Assembly (NCBI GenBank): GCA_016748015.1
Contig: JAAOMT010000040.1
Location: 558,001-622,000 of the forward strand
Source of the DNA: Geosiphon pyriformis uo1
Lineage: Eukaryota > Fungi > Glomeromycota
Length of the DNA: 64,000 bases
Direction: 5' to 3'
In this document: one piece after another, positions 52,952 to 64,000 of the stretch
Layout: every line of letters starts with the position of its first letter
How positions within the stretch are numbered: the stretch's first letter is position 1
Notes under the pieces: model-generated
Told to the model about the DNA's origin: nothing
The model's database searches: none
Seen by the model: only the letters and a program-made list of their open reading frames with translations
Program-made: the position numbers and the translations under genes

Positions 52952-53771
52952 GCGCGCGCAGTTTAAGGCGAGCCCAGAAAGACCATCGGTAGATTCATTT
53001 TGTTGTCAAGATGAGGCAGATAAGACCATGTCCCAAAAAATTTGATTATCTCTCGAAAAGGAAAAAAATAAAACAAACTTTTTAAAGTTCAGAATTTTAT
53101 CTAAAAAAATGAATGTGGAGTTACCAAATATATACATATATGCTGATTTCTAATAATTTAACAATTTTCCTGATTCCCAATCATAACATTTCCCCTGAAG
53201 AATTGTCTCCCTGATCTTTTCATGCATAATACCAGTTCGAATACAGTCCCAAGTGCAACTGTTGAACGAACACTCGGATAATGTTTATGTTGAAAAAAAA
53301 AATTTATTTGGTCTGTGAACTTTTGTTCTTCTGCAAATATATATTAATTCTTACCTCTCATTTTAAACTTTATCAAATATAAGATGAAATTCTTTCCAAA
53401 AATTGTGACTTATAATCAACAAATCAGATGATTCAAAAGCAGAAGGATAAGAGGAGAAAAATTTCGATAAAGTTTCTCGAGATTAACTTTATTATGGTTG
53501 GCTTCCCATTCATCGATTTCATTTTATCTTTTTGCTTTGTGAACAATACAGATCAACAGGAGAAAATCAAAGAAGTATTCCTTTTAGACATGAATGAAAA
53601 ATGGTAGGATCTCTTGGTGAGTCTACTTTTAAGTTAATTCAACTTTAAGTGTATATCGATGTCACATTTAATAGGTGGTTTATTAGAGCAAATTATGGCC
53701 ATAGTATTTCCATGATTTTTTGGAGAAACAAGGTTTCGAAGGCGTCATTTTTAAAGACTTTAATGAATTAA

Positions 53772-53805
<34 letters not shown>

Positions 53806-55444
53806 AAATCATTTATTATGCAAAATGAAAGTTTTCTGCCAAGCACAGGAAAGCAATTAGGTGGGTACCAATGTTTACCTTTACAGTTACTATATCAAAA
53901 TAATACCAAGGGAATCTAATTTCTTTTGAATTCAATTGTACAATTTCAAAATTGCAAGTATGACAGAAAACTTGGTAATATGGAATATTCTATATACGAA
54001 CCTTTCTGTGATCTTAAAAATTTTCCCTTCAAGTACAAACAAAAGTCTGAAACTTAAATTAACTTTATTAAAAAGTTTCTGTGGGCAAGTATATACAATT
54101 ATCGCCAAAATCCCTTTGTTAAATTATCATAAAGAGGAAAAAGTTGTATCATCTTCAATATATACTCGGATGAAATGTAACATATTTCCAAATTTTGTGG
54201 TTGTTTTTTTAATGCTCCACAAAATAAAGGAAAAACACCAAGGTTACTTAACAGAAATCCATGAATACCGGATTTACTAGTGAATCTCGGAGGTACAACG
54301 CCGGGAAGTTTGTACTGAAGGGCAAAAGGGTCAAATTTTAAATCAAATGGAGTTTAGCTAACACACACCAATATCCCTCGAAAAAATTTGTTTAATGTTG
54401 GTGTCAAAAATTTTCCAGTTTGGTACATAAAAATCTTTACAATTTTTTGAATTGAAATTTATTTTAAAAAGTTAAAAACTGTGACTCTCAAAATTGTAGC
54501 AGGAATTCTAAAATAAATTTTTCTTGAATTTTCTGAGAATCGAACTTTCCAGAGGTTCCCAATATATTTTCAAAAATCAATTTCAAAAGAAATTGTTGCA
54601 TCCACAAATTTGAAAATCAATACTCGATAAATCAGGTTTGAGACCATCTTGTTAGGCATTTTTAGCTTATTTTAAGGAAAAAATTAAATTTCTTCTATTT
54701 AAAATTCCCTTTTATCTTCTATTCCCAATAAATAAACACGCAACTTTGTATTTGCTTTGTTTCATTGAAAAGCAACTAGTCAAAATTTGTCCCCTTGTAT
54801 CTTCAACTTTTTGATTGCTTCCTAAAAAAAGTTACATTAGCATTAACCAAATATTATATTACCATGTTTGGAATATCTCATGTATTTTTTTTTTGTTATT
54901 AATAGTGAACAAATAGTTTTCAAATAAATTAATATAACCTCATCTAAATGGGTTGTAAAAGAAAAACTTAGATTCCTTGTTAACTCGATTTGCCAAAGTG
55001 ACCACTCTTGATTTTTTTTATATTTTCTGCATTGGGTTTTTCGTATGTAATAAATTATATATGCAAATATTTTATTTTTAAAAACTTTATTTTTAATTCT
55101 AAATTTTTTGAATATACATGCATATTCAAATTTTCGTTTAATTTCATTTTTATCACACTTTGTTTTTTTTTGTTTTATATTTTGGCGTTTTGTTTATTGG
55201 TGATTCAAAACCTTATGGTTTTTTTTAATCATGTTTTTAACTTTTTTTGAACCAATAAAAAATTAGTTGAACAAAATTAACTTTTGATTTAAAATAGAAA
55301 TATACGGTAAAAAATAAGTTTTTTCATTTATCTTTTAATTTTAAAACAAAAGAGATTTTATTTTATTATTATTTTATTTTGCTATTATTTTATTTTACTA
55401 TTATTTTATTTTACTATTATTTTATTTTACTATTTTAATAATAC

Positions 55445-55481
<37 letters not shown>

Positions 55482-55574
55482 CTATTATTATTAATTATTA
55501 ATTATTATTATTATTTGTTTGTAACTTCTTGAAAAAAATACTAATACAACTTGTTGCCTTTTTTGTTAAAATTA

Positions 55575-55614
<40 letters not shown>

Positions 55615-56038
55615 ATTTATGGTTAATAAATAATTTTTTTTGGTTTAAAATTATAGTTTTTTTGTTTATTTGAAATTGATAAATAATACTTAATAATTAA
55701 TTTAAAAATATTTTTGATTTTTTGAAAAAAAAAATAATTCTATTTTTAATTATTTAAATTTTTTTTTAATATATATATTAATGTATTTAATCTTATTTTT
55801 TGTATATTTTTAAAAGTTTTAAAGTATTTACATTCTAATAATATTTTTTATTATTTTATTATTTATAATCTTTATGATTTTATTATTTATTATTTTTTTG
55901 TAAAAATGTAATTTTTTAATTTTAAATAATCATGTTTTTTATTAAATATTTTTGAGATTTGATATTATAATAATCGTAAAAAAAAAAAATTATGTTATAT
56001 TATAAATAATTCTTTTATAATATTTCAAAAAATAATTA

Positions 56039-56069
<31 letters not shown>

Positions 56070-56482
56070 AGATATATGAGTATTTTTGAAATATATATAT
56101 ATATATATATATGAAATTTTTATTATTATTGTTGTTGTTTTTGTTGTTGAATCAATAATTCTTTTTATGTTTTTTTTTTATTCATTTTTTTTTAAACTTT
56201 TATTTTGTTTCAAAAAAATAAAAATTTTACAATTTTTTTTATAATTAATTTATTTCGTTATTAAAAATTTACATAAAATTTTTTTTTCAACAATTCAAAA
56301 TGATATTATAAGATTTGTTTTAAAATTTTATTATTATTATTATTATTAAACTAAAGATTTGATATAAATAATTTTTGTTAAACAATTAAAAATGTTTTCT
56401 TTTTAATAGTTTAACATAATAAAAGTAAAATTCATTTTTTAATTAATTTAAATTAAATTAAATAAATAAATAAAAATCTTAA

Positions 56483-56514
<32 letters not shown>

Positions 56515-57150
56515 GACAAAGTACATAACAAAAAATATTTATCGCACATTTTTTAATTCTAATATGAAAATAAATTCGCAAAAATGGTACAATTTATTTT
56601 TTTCCTCAAATTTTTCTAGTTATCTTTGTCAATTTTTATGAAATTATTTAGTTATAATTTGCCAAATTTAATTTAATTATCAGTTGGAGAATCTTCAGTC
56701 AACAATACAAAAAATATATATATATATGTTTTTATATCACATAAGTAATAAATTTATTTTTACTTTTTCAAGAATTGGTATTATTTTAAGTAAAAAAAAT
56801 TAAATTAAATTCCTTTTAAATCAAGATCAGGAAATATTGTAAATCTCATTTGGGGAAAAATTATGTTTCAGTGACTCATTTAGATCAATATAATCAGAAA
56901 GTAACGATCTTTTGGTAGTGATCAAGTAAAATAGTATTTCAGTTAAAGATTAAAGCTGCAAGGGTTTTTATTTTCGTTTGATAATATTTCTTTAGTTTAC
57001 TTTATAGCCTCGATTTACAATGATTAGCCTAATATTTTCAACGATCAATCACAATAGAATATTTTTGTTGTTGGGTAGATATATAAAAAAAAAAAGGGCT
57101 AATTTCAACTTAATCTTTTATCCTATCTCTAAATACTGAGCCCAGTAAAT

Positions 57151-58504
57151 ATGAACTCAAAAAAAGGGTGGTTGATTTTAAGAATAGTTCTTTTGATTAC
57201 GGGAATTATGGTAATAATAGGAAATATCTTGAGCTTTATTTTCCAAGAACCAATAGATATTGTCCAAAATGGGAAAGAAAAGAACGGTATATCCAACAAA
57301 AAGCTTAAACGACATTTAAACTCATTTACTCAACATATGAAACGGAGGAATTTCTCGAATAAAATTTCAATGCATGATGGACAATCTTTTCACGCTGATA
57401 ACTCATCAGCATCACCACCCAAAATCCCAGTAGATGCTAGCGAAATCTTTTTCTTAACCCAGATGGCTCGTTTCGCCAATATGGGTTATTGTTACCCTTC
57501 CGCTCCGGGTCGCATAGGCTCTGAAAAAAAAAACGGTATTATTAAGAAGCTTCTTCATTGGAATTTATTTGATTCAATCATTAAAAAATATTGTTATCGA
57601 TTTTGAAGCCAATTTTGTTCTTGATCTTAAAAACCGAAGCTTAATCATATATTTTACTGGTCCTGAGATCCAAGAATCGATTACAAGTTTAGAGCAGCTT
57701 GATACACATGACATGGTAGAGGGTTCGATTTTGGAATACGAATGGTACGCTGATGTGCAGAAATTGATGTTACCGATTGCTGACGTAATAAACAAAGCCG
57801 GTTTAACTTTGAATTCGAAAGAAATTCAACTTTATTTGACTGGACATGGAATTGGAGGAGGTATTTGAAAATTCCCAAGTAAAGTTTATCTTGTCTTTTA
57901 GATTCAATCCCTTAATTTATACTTTCCTTTGAAAATTTAATTATATACTTAAAAGTCTATGCAGTCTTTGCAGCACTTCTCCTGAAAGAAGTCTTTCTTA
58001 CATATTCTGCCCTAGAAACAAATAATTATTTAAAACTTGATTTTGTCGTGGTTACTTTTGGTCAACCAAGGCTCGGAAACGCCCTTTTTGCGGACTATAT
58101 TAATCGTATGTTGTTGATCTACCGTGTTACGCATTCAAACGATTTTATTCCAAATTCTATGCCCCTGTTGCCGAGGGATTATCTTTTCAAACATCATGAA
58201 AGGGAGATTTGGATTGTGCCCAAGGACTGTGAATGCCCGAGACAAGATTTTGATCAATTTGAATTAGGATATGATGTGTTTAAGTGCTTTGGTTATTGGC
58301 CAAATGCCATTCTTAAAGTTGGGGAAAATATGGTATGTTTGGGTAAAACTATTCGAATTTTTGAATTCATAAGATGAATTGATTAATTCAATTTTCATTT
58401 TTCAGGAATGTAACTCTGGGACTGATGGTAGAGGAACATCAGTACATTTTGGGCCTTATTTTAATACCACATTCAAAGATTGTCGTGAATTTTTGCCTGG
58501 ATAA
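57151..58504 (+). CDS. Secreted or membrane-anchored class-3 lipase-like alpha/beta hydrolase with nucleophile Ser>Gly; exons 57151-57535, 57609-57860, 57956-58332, 58406-58504 (~370 aa)
   Basis: Hydrophobic N-terminus; 'QMARFANMGYC'; 'LIIYFTG'; 'YLTGHGIGG|VYAVFAALLL'; 'VVTFGQPRLGNALFADYIN'; 'YRVTHSNDFIP'; 'FKHHEREIWI'; 'ECN...VHFGPYF'. Three GT-AG introns (73, 95, 73 nt) give an open frame of 1113 nt. Two acceptors are AAG. Confidence 0.88.
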
Positions 58505-59899
58505 CTCAATTTATGATTTTGAGGAGATTTGATGATTTCGATGTGGTAAGTAAAGAGCGTTTAATAATGTCAAGTTTCCGAATTTTCTTCTTCATTAATT
58601 TTGATTTTATCGTTTGAGACACTAAATCAGTTAGAAATGATGGTGAAATTTTTTAACTTGCAATAGACTGATATATTTTGAAGCAATTTTATACTGAACT
58701 TGGCTCTTGAAATAGAGCAAGCATGCTTATCTCCCAATATTAGAAAATCCTTTTCGTTTAGAAATATTAAAAGCTTAGGTTTCCAAGCATAGGATCTTTC
58801 GGGACTATGGGGGGGGGGTGGTTTTTTTGAATTTGAATACCTTAAAGCTTCTCAGAAAAAGCGATATATACGTATATTTCCTTAAAAACAATGACTTTTA
58901 AGAAGATCTATGCAAATTAATTTATACACCTTTTTTGATTTTGAATTTATATGACTTGAATATTTAATATTATATTATAAATTTTATTCCTGTAAAAAAT
59001 ATGCAAATTTATTTTTATTTTATGAAACTTTGAAATTTATTCAATTTGCTTTATAAGGTACCAATAGCTTTATTATCAATCATGAAAATAATTTTTAAAG
59101 AAATTCTTTAGTGCATTTACTTTTAGGAATATCTACCCTTATCCTATATTACCTTTATATATATATTAGCATTTTAATGAAAGAATCTTCTTGAATTCAT
59201 TTTTGAAAGTGTTCTCGAACCTGATTACTTTTTTGAATTTGAAAAATCGGGGAAAACATATCATAAGTTTATTTTAAAGCTTAATATATATTCAATTTCT
59301 TCTTCAACTTGATCTGAAAAGTGAGCTAGTTATATTTGATAATAAAATTTCTTTAATAATTTGATATCATTTCTTGTAAAAAAATATATAATTTTTCCCC
59401 ATTGAATAAAACATTCCCCATAACTTTATATAATGATTATATTATTTTAATATTTAAGTTTACTTGATATTTTTAATTGGTGGTGGTGGTGGTGAAAAAA
59501 TACAAATAAAAATTTATAAACTTTTGGAAAAATTAACAAAAAAAAAACCAAGTAAATTTTTATATTCCCAAAGTTCCAAAACATTTTTTTTTCAAGAACA
59601 TTATAAAAATCTCAAAACATATTTGAATTCAACAATGAAAATTTTTTTTTGTTCTCAATCAGGAGTATGCATTATCTCATTTTTCATATGAAATTTTTAC
59701 AAAATTAGATATAAAGAAAGAAATATTAGTGACCAATTTCCTGGAACTCAGACTTCAAGACCGATTGATCATTAAAATAATATCATAAAATAAATACAAA
59801 AAAAAATTTCATTCCCAGAGAAAGATTTTTCAAAAATTGTTTATATACATGTAAAGTATATAATAAAAATTGTTAAAAGTACATGTATCTCCAACAAAC

Positions 59900-60718
59900 T
59901 TTATTTTTTAATACATTGGTTTCTCAAAAATTCTGGAAAGTAGGGCAAAGGCTATAATGGTTATCACAAAAAGATTAATATGTTTGCAGAAATTCTTCTT
60001 TATCTCTATAAAAAATTACTACTAAAACTAGAGAAAAAAAGGGTTTAGACATTTTATTATCAGATAATTCATTTAAAATTACTTGGATAAATGAAAAACT
60101 CTACCAATCACTAAACCGATACTCACGCAATTTCAAAAGCTGATAAACCAAATTTCATCTTAATAATAACTGGAGAAAAACTCTTCCTTTAGATGATGAT
60201 ACAGTGTTTCATCTGTTCACAAACACAAAAATGAAAATTGGTACAAGGAAAATCGACCAATTTCCCAAACCAAAAAGATCATACAAAAATTTTGTATGGG
60301 GGTTTTTGTATGAAGGAAAAAATAAGTTTATTCTGTTTTCGACGTATCATGAATACTAAGTTTTATATTAAAATTTTTGCAAAAACATGTTGGAAAAGTT
60401 AATGAAATACTAGGGAAGAAGTGAAGTTTTCAACAAGATAACGATCCCAAGCATAAAACCCGAGTAGTTAAGATTTTTTATCTTGAAGTCATCTAAATCC
60501 TATTTGAAAATCTGTGGACAATTGTTAAAACTGTGAATTAAAAAAAAAAAAATGTCGTAAAATATGGATACTTTGGAACGATATATGGTTGAAGAATGGA
60601 ATTTCTTTTCCAAAAAACTATCCTAATCAATTTAGGAAATTCAATGTCGCGAAATAATTACATATTAAACTTTATATTAATAAGATTCTGTGTGATCGAT
60701 TTTTTTTGTCACACACTG
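59900..60718 (+). mobile_element. Tc1-family (DD34E-type) transposon relic with right TIR
   Basis: Fragments 'DDTVFHLFTNT' ~60195, 'KIFVWG.FCMKGK' ~60290, 'FQQDNDPKHK' ~60428, 'LNPI/ENLW' ~60494. End ...TTTTTGTCACACACTG followed by TA (60719-20). Left TIR not found. Confidence 0.8.
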
Positions 60719-60907
60719 TATATCGTATAATTGGATGAACAAAACCTGGCAATCAAAACAACATGCAGTTTATCTTTAATAATAAAGCTATCTTTTATAG
60801 CCAAACTCAAAATTAGTATACTTTAAGAATGAAAAATTACAAAGATATGTAAAGATTAACACTTGAGACCATGAATGGGAAATTAACCAAATAATCTATT
60901 ATTATTA

Positions 60908-60941
60908 GGGGAGGGGATGGGGATGGGGATGGGGATGGGGA
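60908..60941 (+). repeat. (GGGGAT)n tract, potential G-quadruplex
   Basis: Six G4 runs separated by 1-2 nt loops. Confidence 0.8.
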
Positions 60942-61118
60942 TTTAAATTATATTACAATTTTCAAGATTGGTTTACTTTAGAGTAATTTCCAATCATAAG
61001 TTGAATTATAAAAGTGAAAATTTATTACTTGCTGAAATTTGGATTATTACCATAAAAAAATCCACCCATTAATAAAACTTATAATTTTCGTAAACTTTAT
61101 AGGTTATTTCTTTTAAAA

Positions 61119-61670
61119 TCAAGATTTGGCAATATTTTTTATAGAATTATTCTCGTTATCATCGATATTATTAACTTCTTTTTTAAGTCTTCTCTTTTTC
61201 TCTACAGCTTTTCTAGAATAATATCTGCTATCCCTCCTATTATTTTGTTTGAGCTCTTTATAAATTTTTTCAATTTCTCCTTCCAAATAATTGACTCTAT
61301 TTTGGAGTTTACGAGATAACGAGACTTGTTGAATAAGTGAAGCGAGAATGATATTTCTTAGGTAATAATTTGTAGTCATCATGATTGGCGGTAAATGATT
61401 ATTAGTCATGTTTTTGTCAGGGACAGAATGGTTGGGAAGAATGTTTGTAGGAGGAAAATTATATGGGTAATATGGATGTCCTCGAGAAAGGCGGTGAAAA
61501 TCAGAAAGTTTGAGTTGAGGTAATTCAATGGCACCTGAAAAAGTTTGAGGACTAGATGGTGAAATTTCTGATTTTGGGAATGGTATAGAGTTGGAAAAAC
61601 TTGGTATTGTATAATTTGGAGTTTGAGAATTTAAATTTTGATTAAGATGAATTTGTTTTGTTGGTTCCAT
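61119..61670 (-). CDS. Hypothetical protein, 183 aa (Pro/Ser/Asn-rich N-terminus, coiled-coil and basic C-terminus)
   Basis: 552-nt ATG-initiated ORF in AT-rich DNA with a good ACC ATG G context. Probable upstream intron (GTGAGT at ~61770, TTACAG at ~61692). No domain recognised. Confidence 0.6.
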   Translation of the reverse strand: MEPTKQIHLNQNLNSQTPNYTIPSFSNSIPFPKSEISPSSPQTFSGAIELPQLKLSDFHRLSRGHPYYPYNFPPTNILPNHSVPDKNMTNNHLPPIMMTTNYYLRNIILASLIQQVSLSRKLQNRVNYLEGEIEKIYKELKQNNRRDSRYYSRKAVEKKRRLKKEVNNIDDNENNSIKNIAKS

Positions 61671-62346
61671 GGTTCAAGTTTCTTTTGATAACTGTAATAA
61701 AATAAAATAAAATAAAATTGGGTTTTTTTTTCAATTATAAAATATTGCGAAATAATGACAACTCACTCACTTTTATAAAGCTCTAATTAGTTACATGACT
61801 GACAATTTAAAACCTTTCAAAATCTCACGCTATCTGAACAGGCCACTTTTTTTTCAATGGGGTCAATACATTTCTAGCAGTGATCATCACAAAACTTTAA
61901 TCGGCAGTGTAACCTTGCAGGGAAAATCATTTGATAATAATAATAAATATCAACTTTTCTCTTCGGTCTTGTCAAATTGAAATATTTGGTTTCAATCCAA
62001 CTTTAATTCTGACATAATACAAAATTTTATTTTTAATTTATACCAAGATTTTTTTATTTTTTTTTTGAAAAACAATCGAATTTTTTTAACGTATAATTAA
62101 TTAAAGTTATATACATATATATAGATAGATAGACATATAAATGTTTTATAATTAATAAAAAATTATAAATGTACTTATTATTTTTTGATTCTGAACCAAT
62201 TAATTCTTAAATAAGGTTATTTATATTTGTACACTACAGAAATCATTGGAATTAAAAATTAATATAAATACAATAAAAAAAATTTTTTTTTTATTAAAGC
62301 TAATTTGTAAAAACCCAAAAATAAATAATAATAATAAATAATAATA

Positions 62347-62388
<42 letters not shown>

Positions 62389-64000
62389 CCAAGATAAATT
62401 TAGCTATCAATCAATTTTTTTGGATCAAAGAAAATTTATATCCAAATCTGTTATTCTGTTTGTGACTTAATATGTTGTTCAAGTATTTGTTTTTGTTATA
62501 AATACATTTGTGCGCTTTAAATCAAATCAATAATTGTTTTTAGAAATATTATTTTTTATTAATTGCTCATCATAATCTAGACGAAGCGATAATTCAGGAA
62601 GCACAAAATTTCATATTATTCCGCACCATTAATTTGAAATTTTATGTCACATATAAAGGATACTATAATATGTGGTCGGATTTGACAAGCCAAATTGTGA
62701 AATCAAAAAACATCTATTCGACTTAAGTGTATACTCAATACTTTCTATTAAACGTATTTAAAATTATGATTTGTTTTTACTAATAGTAAATATAAATAAA
62801 TAAATAATATCTACATTCCTAAAATATTAATAGTTTCGACTACTGAATTGAAGAGAAGCTAATTGAAAAATTTGAAGTATTTAAATCCAATAGAATTTTA
62901 TAATAAAAAATCTAAGAAATATTAAAGTTTTTTTTTTCCAAATAAACACCGAAATTACAGCTCTAATTTGAATTATTGTGACCAAGTAAAAAATTGATCA
63001 ATTTTTTATTTTTTATTGTTTTTTACCTTTGAAAGACCAAAAATGGCAACTTTCTTTTATTTTAAATTCATCTTTAATTTTATAGGTGCGAATTTAAGAA
63101 TAAATATTTGATTAATAAATGTCATAAGGTTTCAAACCCAATTTGGTTATCGTATGATTTCAAAATCATGCGTTAAACAAAGTTTTGGTATTATGCTAGC
63201 CTTTTTAATTAATTGATTTGGTAATTCTGATCAAAGTTTCTCCCATTTTTATAAATCAATAGATCAGTAAAACAAAGTAATAAATAATTGTTTAGTACAT
63301 CTCCCATTAAAAAAGAACATCTTTTCTAAATGAATAAAAAACATTATGAGTAAATTTTTTAGGAATTTAGAATAAGAAGTTTTATTTAATTAATTAAAAA
63401 AATCGAATGACCTCGTTAACTTTAAAATTTAATAATTTTTATAGACACAATAAATATATTGATATAATTAAGTATAAATTTTTAATTGTATATATAAATT
63501 TTCATTTTTTTTTAAAAATATCTAATTGAATATTTTCAGTCTGTACATATCTCTTTATTTTGCCAAAAGAATAGATAGCTGATATGGTAAACATGATACT
63601 AAAATCACCAAATTGTAAAGTCAGAATTTTTGTTCCTTATTGCGTCATTGATAATTTGAAAATATTGACTGTTACTTCCAATCTAATCACATTTAATATT
63701 TAATCATTTAAAGCCATTAAAAATTTTATATTCACTAGTGTTTATTTATACTTTGTAATAAAAAATGATTTTATTCCATCAAGCTCCCAGTAGCAAAATT
63801 TTCGTCTTTAAATAGTTTCAAGCTCTAATAAACAAAGCTTTTTAAAGAAAAAAAAATTCGTTATTTTAAAAAATTAAAAATTAAGTGGTAAATGTTAAAA
63901 GTTTTATTGATATTTCTGACTACTAATGTGTGTCTATGTGAACCAAAATATTATTATTTAAGCTGAATTACTTTAGTTAAATCTTTTGAACAGGCAAGTG

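Overview
Eukaryotic, very AT-rich genomic DNA with spliceosomal introns. It is most likely from a Glomeromycotina fungus; the LINE family and class-3 lipase resemble Geosiphon-type sequences, which is inference from recall, not a search. The window has two compartments. (1) Positions 1 to ~30,400 are a nearly CpG-free graveyard of hypermutated, nested transposons: two head-to-head APE-RT-RNase H non-LTR retrotransposons interrupted by two TG...CA solo-LTR-like inserts and a hAT element (perfect 8-bp TSD), followed by a cargo-carrying pogo element nested inside an older pogo element that holds a 57-bp minisatellite. (2) From ~30,450 onward CpG content is normal. This part contains a degraded IS607-type element on the minus strand (~31.55-33.4 kb) with a serine-recombinase TnpA overlapping a Fanzor2/TnpB RNA-guided nuclease, whose D-E-D RuvC residues and zinc finger are still readable, plus a candidate omega-RNA hairpin. 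It also contains a younger 5'-truncated LINE copy, a MITE, a two-exon forkhead transcription factor gene with a long microsatellite- and ACGCG-rich upstream region, a four-exon secreted class-3 lipase homologue whose nucleophile Ser is replaced by Gly, a Tc1 relic and one hypothetical gene. The Fanzor2/IS607 relic is the most notable element. All translations of degenerate elements were done by hand, so their coordinates are approximate unless TIRs or TSDs fix them.
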